The position numbers were made by a program, and so were the translations under genes. From Ignavibacteriales bacterium (GTDB lineage Bacteria > Bacteroidota > Ignavibacteria > Ignavibacteriales > Ignavibacteriaceae), in NCBI GenBank assembly GCA_016182615.1, contig JACPGF010000149.1, positions 1-59,632 on the forward strand: 59,632 bases of DNA, read 5' to 3'. Position 1 is the stretch's first letter; each line of letters opens with the position of its first letter. The notes under the pieces are model-generated. The model saw nothing but the letters and a program-made list of their open reading frames with translations, ran no database searches and was not told where the DNA came from. Below, piece by piece: positions 38,558 through 46,945 of this stretch.

Positions 38558-41500
38558 GTGAAGAAACTCTTCTTACTTCTTCTCTTATTGACTACATTTG
38601 TATTCTCACAAGTGGAAGTCAGTACCCGTCTTACGCGCGCGATCCAAAACAGCAAGTCAAATGAATATGTGCGTGGTCTTATCCTACTGAAAGATCAAGT
38701 TGATATTGAGGCTTTGGATGCGCGTTTGTATAAAGAACACGTCACGCTGGAGCAGCGTGCATATACGGTAATTACTGCTTTGCAGGAAGTAGCTGCACGC
38801 AGCCAAGGTAATTTAACTTCATATCTGGAACAACAAAAAGCTTCGAGAAAAGTATTCTCGTATCAAAAGTTCTGGGTTGCCAATATGATTCAAATTGAAG
38901 CACAACCTGAGGTATTTCAGGCGCTTATGGGAAGTATGGAACTCTCCCAGATGGATTTGGATGCAGAATTACAATTTGACCGTCCGGTAATAACCAGCTT
39001 TAATACCGAAGGAACGGAATCGGTTGAGCCTGGTGTAAAAATAATTAATGCAGATAAACTGTGGAGATTAGGCATCACGGGCCAGGGACGAATCGTTATG
39101 AATATTGATACGGGTGTTGAAAAGAACCATCCGGCAATCAATTATAAATGGCGCGGAACCCACGTTCCTGCAAACCAGGCTTGGTTTGACCCGGCAGGAT
39201 CGACCACCCCGACCGATTGTGACGGCCACGGAACACATACCATGGGCACCATGTGTGGTTTTTCGCCAACAACCGGTGACACTGTTGGTGTTGCTATTAA
39301 CGCTGAGTGGATTGCTGCAAAAACCATTTGCACAAGCCCGCACACCTCAAATTCAGTTGCTGCTTTCCAATGGGCAATGAATCCGGATGGTGACCCGAAC
39401 ACTATAACCGATATGCCTGATGCAATTAGCAGCAGCTGGTATGATCCTGATGTTTCTGACGAATGTAACGGTATTTACAAAACCACATTGAATGCAGTTG
39501 AAGCAGCCGGTATTGCCGCGGTATTTTCTGCAGGCAACAGCGGGCCATCGGCATCAACCATTACGAAACCGAAAAACATCAATACAGACGAAACCAATGT
39601 TTTTGCAGTTGCTGCTATCAGCGGTGCTACATATCTTGGTGGAAGCAATGATCCTATCGCGAGTTTTTCAAGCCGCGGCCCTTCAGTATGCGGCGGCACA
39701 GGTGCATTATTAATTAAACCCGAAGTTGCAGCTCCCGGCGTTTCAGTCCGTTCTGCTTATCCTCCTACCGGTTATACCAGTATGGACGGAACTTCGATGG
39801 CTTCACCTCACGTTGCAGGTGCTATTGCATTACTCAGGTCTTTTGCACCGACATTAACCGGCAAACAGATTAAGCTTGCTTTGTACAACACGGCAAAGGA
39901 TCTTGGCGCGGTTGGCGAAGATAATAATTATGGACGTGGCCTTATTGACGTGTATGCAGCATACATGACAATGGGTACACCTGATACCATTCCCCCAACC
40001 CCGACAACCGATTTGTCAGTTACAGAACCTACTTCAAACGGTTTAAAAATTACTTGGACCGCTCCGGCTGATACATCTCCAAGCGGCGTTGTTGGTTATA
40101 AAATCAGATACTCTTTAACCCCGATAACCGACACGACATCATATAACAATGCTATGCCGGTACCTTTTAACACGATGCCTAAACCGGCAGGGCAAACAGA
40201 GGCTGTCCGCGTGGATAGTCTGGTTCCTGCAACCACGTATTATTTTGCTCTTCGGTCAAGAGATGTTTGGGGCAACTGGTCAGTACTTTCAAATGTTGCT
40301 TCAGGCGCTACTTTAGCAGCTCCGGTAGCACTTACCACTCCTGACAGTGTTAAAAAAGTACTTGTCCCTCAGCAAATGGTTGTTGACAGTGTTATGATTA
40401 AGAACAATGCCGGTGTACCATCTACTTTAGGTTACTTGGTTACCATGACAAACAACACCTTCCCTCAGGGAATGCTTGAAATGGCTTTGGCTCCTATCAC
40501 CCGTCAGGGAACCGAAAACCTTGCAAACGTAAAATCGACCGGTAACGAAACTTTCTTCGGTCAGTCAATCGAAGGACAGGGCGGACCCGATTCTGCAGGA
40601 TATAAATGGATAGACAGTGACGAACCAAACGGCCCTCAGTATGTGTGGAATGATATTTCCACTACAGGCACTGCAGTAACCGCGTGGACCGCAACCGGAA
40701 CCTTTGATCCGAAAGACGAAGGATATGCCGGACCATTTACCTTTGGTTTCCCGTTCAAGTTTTACCGTCAGGCTAAAACACAAGTATATGTTTCGTCAAA
40801 CGGTGCATTACTATTTAATGTGCCTACCGCGAACATTTTCACCAATGCGGCAATTCCTACTGTTGCTGCTCCGAATGAATACATCGCAGCTTTCTGGGAT
40901 GATCTTGACGGACGTACACAGGGAACAGTACACTACAAAGCGGAAGGTGATAAATTTATCGTTCAGTTTACCAACTGGCAGAAATATTCAGCTACCGGCT
41001 CTTTAACATTCCAGTATGTATTGTATCCAAGCGGTAAAATCATGTTCTATTATAATAACATGAACGCAACATTAAATAGCGCTACTGTTGGTATCGAAAA
41101 TGCAACCGGTACAACCGGTTTACAAATTGCGTATAATGCAACCTATGTTAAAAACAATTTAGCAGTTAAAATTTCTGCTGAACCTGACTGGTTGAATGCA
41201 CAAAACCTGGCAGGTATGCTCTATCAGGGTAACAGTGCTGCTATCCGTTTAGTTTTCCGTTCAGAAGATTATCCTGCCGGTAACTACGGCATGGATTTGA
41301 ACATCCGCACAAACGATCCGGCACACCAATTAATTACCATACCGGTTCGCATGGTTCTCAATCATCCGGCCGTGCCTATTACTGTTACTGCTCCAAATGG
41401 CGGTGAAAACTGGCAGGCTGGTTTAACCAAGAACATCACTTGGAATGCTAACGAAGTTGTTAATGTTAATATTAAATATACAACCGATAATGGCTCCTCG

Positions 41501-43186
41501 TGGCTTGCAGTTGCAGAGGGTGTTTCTGCAGCAGCAGGTACCTATGCTTGGACAGTTCCGGCAACTCCTTCCACACAGTGTAAAGTGCGTGTCAGCGCAG
41601 CCCTTGCTGATTCTATTTTTGATGTAAGCAATGCCAACTTTACCATTAGTGCGGGTGCAATTACCTGGTCTTCTGTTGTTAATGTAAAAGACAACAGCAC
41701 ACTCAATCAGAACCTTACTTTCGGTTTGGCACCAACTGCCACCAACGGTATTGATGCTGCATTAGGCGAAGTATCTCTTCCACCGGCACCTCCGGCTGGT
41801 ACCTTTGATGCCCGTTTTGAATTGCCGTTAACTCCGGCTGACTACTCATGGAAAGATTACCGTAACGACACGTTACAATCAGTAGCATGGGTTGCTAAAT
41901 TCCAACCGGGTGCTTCAGGTTATCCTTTCACGTTTACATGGAACCCTGCAACATTACCAGCTGGTACTTTTATGCTTAAAGATGCTGTTACTGGCACATT
42001 AGTTAATGTTGACATGAAAACAGTCGGTACATACACATTAACAAATACCGGTATCAGCAGCTTAAAGATAGAGTTCACGAAACAGTCAACCATCCCGATG
42101 ACCTTCGCTTCCGGTTGGAACATGTTCTCAGTTCCTTTGGTAGCGGCAGATATGACCGCAGCTACAATATGCTCGGGCGCTAACTCGAATGTTTTCGGCT
42201 ACGGAACATCCGGTTATACCTCAGCAACTACTTTAGGAAATGGTAAAGGCTACTGGGTACGTTATCCTTCAGCTTCAACTTACAACATGAACGGCTCACC
42301 GGTTTCCGGTAATACCATTGCACTTGCTGCAGGCTGGAATATGATTGGACCATACAATTGGAATGCAACCGTCAGCGGTATTACCACTGTTCCGGCAGGC
42401 ATTATCAATTCATCGTTCTTTGAATATAATAACGGTTACGTGCAAGCTACTATGTTACAGAAGACAAAAGGCTACTGGGTACGCACATCTGCTGCCGGCA
42501 CCATGACGCTTCCTGCAACCGTGGCAAAAGCGGGTGAAGTTGTTATTGCAACTGCTCCTAAAGACTGGTCACGGATAATTATTACCGATGCTACCGGTGC
42601 GCAACAAACATTATATGCAGCTCAGGTTGGTCAGGAATCAGCAGCCTCTGCATTTATTCTGCCTCCGGCACCTCCGGCAGGTATTTTTGATGTACGTTAT
42701 GCTTCAGACAAAAATGCAGAAGTATTTGCAGCTCAGCCTGTAAGCGTGCTTATCAACGGCGCTCAGTATCCTGTTAAAATTCAGGTTGTTGGTATGGATG
42801 TTACTCTGTCTGACAATTCAACCAATGGTAAACTTGTTAGTGCTAACCTGAAAAACGGTGAGTCTTATACCCTTGCAAACAGCGGTGTATCCTCGGTTGT
42901 TTTCAGCACCAGCACTAAACCGATGAGCTATGAATTGTTGCAGAACTATCCGAACCCATTCAACCCTTCAACAACAATTAAATTCGGATTACCGGAAAAA
43001 TCAAATGTAACTTTAACCGTCTTTAACCAGTTAGGCGAAAAGATCGCGGTTCTTGTTTCAGGCGATAAAGAAGCCGGTTTCCATACCGTTGAATGGAATG
43101 CAGCTAATCAGGTATCAGGCGTTTATTTCTACGAACTGAAAACCGATAAGTTTACTTCTATCAAGAAACTTATTCTGATGAAGTAA
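38558..43186 (+). CDS. Secreted subtilisin-like S8 peptidase with FN3-like and other beta-rich domains and a T9SS C-terminal sorting domain
   Basis: 1542 aa with GTG start, AAGGAG Shine-Dalgarno and signal peptide. Catalytic motifs NIDTGV (Asp), DGHGTHTMGT (His), GTSMASPHVAG (Ser). C-terminus NYPNPFNPSTTIKF...GVYFYELKTDKFTSIKKLILMK. Confidence 0.9.
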   Translation: MKKLFLLLLLLTTFVFSQVEVSTRLTRAIQNSKSNEYVRGLILLKDQVDIEALDARLYKEHVTLEQRAYTVITALQEVAARSQGNLTSYLEQQKASRKVFSYQKFWVANMIQIEAQPEVFQALMGSMELSQMDLDAELQFDRPVITSFNTEGTESVEPGVKIINADKLWRLGITGQGRIVMNIDTGVEKNHPAINYKWRGTHVPANQAWFDPAGSTTPTDCDGHGTHTMGTMCGFSPTTGDTVGVAINAEWIAAKTICTSPHTSNSVAAFQWAMNPDGDPNTITDMPDAISSSWYDPDVSDECNGIYKTTLNAVEAAGIAAVFSAGNSGPSASTITKPKNINTDETNVFAVAAISGATYLGGSNDPIASFSSRGPSVCGGTGALLIKPEVAAPGVSVRSAYPPTGYTSMDGTSMASPHVAGAIALLRSFAPTLTGKQIKLALYNTAKDLGAVGEDNNYGRGLIDVYAAYMTMGTPDTIPPTPTTDLSVTEPTSNGLKITWTAPADTSPSGVVGYKIRYSLTPITDTTSYNNAMPVPFNTMPKPAGQTEAVRVDSLVPATTYYFALRSRDVWGNWSVLSNVASGATLAAPVALTTPDSVKKVLVPQQMVVDSVMIKNNAGVPSTLGYLVTMTNNTFPQGMLEMALAPITRQGTENLANVKSTGNETFFGQSIEGQGGPDSAGYKWIDSDEPNGPQYVWNDISTTGTAVTAWTATGTFDPKDEGYAGPFTFGFPFKFYRQAKTQVYVSSNGALLFNVPTANIFTNAAIPTVAAPNEYIAAFWDDLDGRTQGTVHYKAEGDKFIVQFTNWQKYSATGSLTFQYVLYPSGKIMFYYNNMNATLNSATVGIENATGTTGLQIAYNATYVKNNLAVKISAEPDWLNAQNLAGMLYQGNSAAIRLVFRSEDYPAGNYGMDLNIRTNDPAHQLITIPVRMVLNHPAVPITVTAPNGGENWQAGLTKNITWNANEVVNVNIKYTTDNGSSWLAVAEGVSAAAGTYAWTVPATPSTQCKVRVSAALADSIFDVSNANFTISAGAITWSSVVNVKDNSTLNQNLTFGLAPTATNGIDAALGEVSLPPAPPAGTFDARFELPLTPADYSWKDYRNDTLQSVAWVAKFQPGASGYPFTFTWNPATLPAGTFMLKDAVTGTLVNVDMKTVGTYTLTNTGISSLKIEFTKQSTIPMTFASGWNMFSVPLVAADMTAATICSGANSNVFGYGTSGYTSATTLGNGKGYWVRYPSASTYNMNGSPVSGNTIALAAGWNMIGPYNWNATVSGITTVPAGIINSSFFEYNNGYVQATMLQKTKGYWVRTSAAGTMTLPATVAKAGEVVIATAPKDWSRIIITDATGAQQTLYAAQVGQESAASAFILPPAPPAGIFDVRYASDKNAEVFAAQPVSVLINGAQYPVKIQVVGMDVTLSDNSTNGKLVSANLKNGESYTLANSGVSSVVFSTSTKPMSYELLQNYPNPFNPSTTIKFGLPEKSNVTLTVFNQLGEKIAVLVSGDKEAGFHTVEWNAANQVSGVYFYELKTDKFTSIKKLILMK

Positions 43187-43228
43187 TTATGCATTATGAG
43201 TGATGAATTATGAGTGCTTAGCGCAGAG
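43187..43228 (+). repeat. Tandem heptamer array, 6 units (TTATGCA TTATGAG TGATGAA TTATGAG TGCTTAG CGCAGAG)
   Basis: Starts at the first base after the peptidase TAA stop (43184-43186). Confidence 0.7.
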
Positions 43229-43285
43229 TGCTAAATTTTTATACACGAGTAATTCGTAACAAGTAATTTTATACGATGATATAGC

Positions 43286-43317
43286 AAAGCCCCGCCACAA
43301 GCGGGGCTTTGTTGTTA
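43286..43317 (+). terminator. Rho-independent terminator after the S8 peptidase gene
   Basis: AGCCCCGC-CACAA-GCGGGGCT hairpin followed by TTGTTGTT. Confidence 0.7.
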
Positions 43318-43584
43318 CATGGCATTTTTGTGAATAAAAAATAGCGGGGTATTGCATCCAGGCTTACCTTTGTTGCGCAGAGTATCCTAACAGCAACGGG
43401 TATAACATCGCTGCCTCACGAGGGCGATTTCTTTTTCCTTAAGGACTCGCTGTTAAATATTTGCATTTCGATGATGATTGAGCACCACTTGAATATTGCC
43501 GAAAGTGAAATAGCCATCATGATAAGTGTAACAACAAATGACAACTGAAGAAGTATAACGAAATTCCCATCGTCTATCCTCAGA

Positions 43585-43692
43585 CTAAAGAGGCTGTGTT
43601 AAAACTCAAATTTTTTTGAAATTTATTTCGATGTTAAGCTGAAATCGAAGAATATAAATGCTTGACAAGGGGTTTTAACACAGCCTCTAAAG
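43585..43692. repeat. MITE-like element with 21-bp perfect terminal inverted repeats around a 66-bp core
   Basis: CTAAAGAGGCTGTGTTAAAAC (43585-43605) is the exact reverse complement of 43672-43692. One arm recurs at 59492-59510. Confidence 0.55.
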
Positions 43693-43811
43693 TCTTGGGT
43701 TAGGTGATGGAAACCGGTATAGATGTGAGACAAATAGTTACTGTTAGGAAAGCACCTTTTTTATATGGCTTTATTCGTATCTTTGTACAGGAAATTTTGA
43801 AAGAGAGAAAT

Positions 43812-44567
43812 ATGTCAACACTCGCTTGTCCTTTATTGGCGTTTCTACTCGCGGCAAACTTTTTTTCGTGTAACAGCAAAAAACAAACAGATTCCACGCC
43901 GGTCGTTTCCGATCCGGGCATTGTCCTGTTATCCGAGAAAACATTGCCGGTTCCGGAACCTTCAGCACTTGCCTATAATGCAAAAACCAAAACCTTGTAC
44001 ACGGTGTCCGATCAAAACGGAATCATTTATGAAATGTCACTCGCCGGGGAAATTATCCGGGAGATACCGGTTACAAGTTCCGATCTAGAAGGAATAGCAT
44101 TTTCAGCAAATTTCGACACGATTTATGTTGCCGAAGAGCGGACGTATCAGATAGTTGCATATTCTTTGACCGGAGTTAAGTATGATTCCTGGAAAAATGT
44201 AACATCTTCTGACACGAAAAATGGATACGAGGGAGTAACGGTAAACGCCGCGGGAAATTTTGTTGTGTTAAATGAAAAACTGCCCATGCTGTTGCTTGAA
44301 GCTGACAAACAGGGCAATGAAATAAAACGGAATGAATTGGCTTATACAAACGATATTTCGGATATTTGTTTTGATGCTGCAGAGAACTGCTACTGGATTG
44401 TCAGTGATGAATCAAAAAAGATTCTAAAATTGAAGCCTGATTATACTTTGATAAACTCATGGTCGGTAAATGTGGCTCAGGCAGAGGGAATCGCGGTTAC
44501 TACCGATGAAATTTATGTTGTTTCGGATTCGGATCAGAAATTGTTAATTTACAAGAAACCCAAATAA
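43812..44567 (+). CDS. Lipoprotein, SdiA-regulated-like beta-propeller family
   Basis: Start at ATG 43812 gives MSTLACPLLAFLLAANFFSCNSK, a lipobox-like signal with Cys. EPSALAYN...LYTVSD...DLEGIAF...YVAEER...YEGVTV...AEGIAV is reminiscent of the SdiA-regulated domain, from memory. Confidence 0.55.
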   Translation: MSTLACPLLAFLLAANFFSCNSKKQTDSTPVVSDPGIVLLSEKTLPVPEPSALAYNAKTKTLYTVSDQNGIIYEMSLAGEIIREIPVTSSDLEGIAFSANFDTIYVAEERTYQIVAYSLTGVKYDSWKNVTSSDTKNGYEGVTVNAAGNFVVLNEKLPMLLLEADKQGNEIKRNELAYTNDISDICFDAAENCYWIVSDESKKILKLKPDYTLINSWSVNVAQAEGIAVTTDEIYVVSDSDQKLLIYKKPK

Positions 44568-44606
44568 TAAAGCAATACTGCCTTATCTAATTATCAAAAG
44601 GATATA

Positions 44607-46196
44607 ATGAAAAAAAATGCACTACTTGTTCTTTTCCTGCTCTCATTGTTAATCGGTGAGAAGGCTTTTGCACAAACCCTTGTGATGAATGAAATTTATT
44701 CAAGGGGCGTTACAGCAGATCCGGATTGGATCGAGTTGTACAACCCATTCCCGGCACCACTTGATATAACAGGCTATAAGATTTATGACAGCGGCGGACA
44801 GACAGGCACCAAACCCAAGCATACCGCTCCTGCCGGTACAATTGTTCCGGCAAATGGCTTTCTGGTAGTTGTCGTGGATGTTTCCGATTCAAGCGGTTTT
44901 GGTTTAAGCAGTAGCGGTGAAACCGTATGGCTTGAGAATGCAACAGGAACGGTTATCGACACGATCGCATTCCCTGCATTAGGTATTGATACATCATACG
45001 GCAGAAAACCCGATGGTTCTGCAGCTTGGCAAAAACTGACACCAACTACTAAAGGCACAAGCAACAGCGGAACTATAGTGCTGCCACTATCGATGAATGA
45101 AATCTATTCAAGAGGTGTAACTGCTGATCCCGACTGGATTGAAGTCTATAACCCGAATACCTCAGCCCTTGATATTACCGGATATAAAATTTACGATGCA
45201 GGTGGCCAGAGCGGCACAAAACCTAAAAAAATATTTCCGGCAGGCACAAGCGTACCTGCAAAAGGCTTTTTTGTTATAGTAACCGATATTCCTACGGCAA
45301 CAGATTCTAGCGGATTTGGATTAAGCAGCAGCGGTGAAACCGTATGGTTAGAAAACGCCGGGGGAGCAATTATTGACTCAATAGCTTTCCCTGGATTAGG
45401 AATTGATACATCCTACGGCAGAAGACCCGATGGAGCTGCTGTATGGCAAAAACTGACACCAACTACTAAAGGCACAAGTAATGCCGGAAGTGTAGTGGCA
45501 GCATTGGTTATGAATGAAATATTCGCGAGGGGTGTTCCTGGTGATTTGGATTGGATTGAAATTTATAACGGCCATTCCGTATCAGTTGATTTAACCGGGT
45601 ATAAAATATACGATAGCGGTGGACAGGTCGGCACAAAGCCAAAAAAGGTTTTCCCGGCTGGCGTAGTTATTCCGGCAAAGGGTTTCTATGTTATAATTAC
45701 CGATGATACCGATTCAAGCGGTTTTGGGCTTTCAAGTTCCGGTGAGGATGTGTGGTTAGAAAATGCGGTCGGCACGGTTATCGATCAGGTAAAATTTCTT
45801 GCTACTGCAAATGTAACACAATCTTACGGCCGCAGCCCCGATGGAGCGACATGGCAAATTTTAAATATTATAACAAAAGGCACATCGAACGGAACAAACG
45901 GGATTTTGGATGAAGCATCCCCCGCGAGTAATTTTGCACTGGCACAAAACTATCCCAACCCGTTTAACCCTTCAACGGTAATTAATTACCAGTTAGCGCA
46001 GAGCGGCTTTGTCAGCTTAAAGGTGTATAACCTGCTCGGTAAAGAAATTGCAACCTTAGTAAACAGCCCACAGGCTGCCGGGAACTATTCCCTCAATTTC
46101 TCAACCGATCAATACCACCTGGCAAGCGGCGTGTATATTTACATCTTAAAGGCCGATGGTTTTACATCGACAAAGAAGATGGTACTCATCCGGTAA
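44607..46196 (+). CDS. Secreted protein with three tandem lamin-tail (LTD) domains and a T9SS C-terminal sorting domain
   Basis: 529 aa with signal peptide. Three ~130-aa repeats (nt 44679-45062, 45087-45479, 45504-45890) each start L(V/S)MNEI(Y/F)(S/A)RGV..D.DWIE(L/V/I)YN. C-terminus NYPNPFNPSTVINY...GVYIYILKADGFTSTKKMVLIR. Confidence 0.75.
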   Translation: MKKNALLVLFLLSLLIGEKAFAQTLVMNEIYSRGVTADPDWIELYNPFPAPLDITGYKIYDSGGQTGTKPKHTAPAGTIVPANGFLVVVVDVSDSSGFGLSSSGETVWLENATGTVIDTIAFPALGIDTSYGRKPDGSAAWQKLTPTTKGTSNSGTIVLPLSMNEIYSRGVTADPDWIEVYNPNTSALDITGYKIYDAGGQSGTKPKKIFPAGTSVPAKGFFVIVTDIPTATDSSGFGLSSSGETVWLENAGGAIIDSIAFPGLGIDTSYGRRPDGAAVWQKLTPTTKGTSNAGSVVAALVMNEIFARGVPGDLDWIEIYNGHSVSVDLTGYKIYDSGGQVGTKPKKVFPAGVVIPAKGFYVIITDDTDSSGFGLSSSGEDVWLENAVGTVIDQVKFLATANVTQSYGRSPDGATWQILNIITKGTSNGTNGILDEASPASNFALAQNYPNPFNPSTVINYQLAQSGFVSLKVYNLLGKEIATLVNSPQAAGNYSLNFSTDQYHLASGVYIYILKADGFTSTKKMVLIR

Positions 46197-46216
46197 CTAT
46201 AATTGCAAAACAATTT

Positions 46217-46251
46217 AAAAAGGCCGCTGAACCCTGTGAAGCGGCCTTTTT
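46217..46251 (+). terminator. Rho-independent terminator after the LTD gene
   Basis: AGGCCGCT (46221-46228) pairs with AGCGGCCT (46240-46247). Flanked by A4 upstream and T5 downstream. Confidence 0.7.
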
Positions 46252-46254
46252 AGT

Positions 46255-46282
46255 GTAGCGCGAAGCGCAGCTTCGCCAAGCC
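46255..46282. repeat. REP-like hairpin, second copy of 33844-33871
   Basis: GTAGCGCGAAGCGCAGCTTCGCCAAGCC. The hairpin is GCGAAGC-GCA-GCTTCGC (46260-46276). Confidence 0.6.
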
Positions 46283-46945
46283 TGCCCAGTTAACGAGACC
46301 CATCAGAAAACTTGTAATGCTACAAATAGGGCGATTTTCCAAACCGCCCTTTGCCAATGTTTTCTGCAACGGTAAAAACGATTTTACGTGCATTACATAA
46401 ACACCTCTGCTGCAAAAACTCCAGAGAGGGGATTCCCGGCTGCATGTTACCTCCATTCATCACTGGAATGCTATTGAGACGTTGAGTATATCGGATTTAC
46501 CGGTTTAACCATGTTTGGCAACAATTCAAATAATTTTATTGGTGCACAAAACCCGGTGTAAATGAAAGCAATAAGAATGAAGGAATAAAAAAGTTAACGA
46601 TGAAAATTCTTAGGCTGAACTATAGAATAGAGGTGCGGATATAGCTTATTAGCATGAATTGCACGATTGGAACTTAATAAAGAATAAGGGATAATTGTTT
46701 TTACCGCTGTTTTGCCTTATTTAATTAATCGGTTAGCAGCAATTAAATTCCATAATAGTTTGGCCTTTAGTGGGTAAAAGGAAGCGTCAAATTTCTAAGT
46801 CCCGCCTTTTTGAAAGGAGGGACTTGAAAAATGCCCTTTCGGCAAACCGAAAACTCTTCCGTTGACACTTTACCTCTCTTGGGAGGCATTGCCCTTTTAT
46901 AGAGAGCAGCTCGGTATGAGTTTGCAACTTATTATTGCTAATAAC

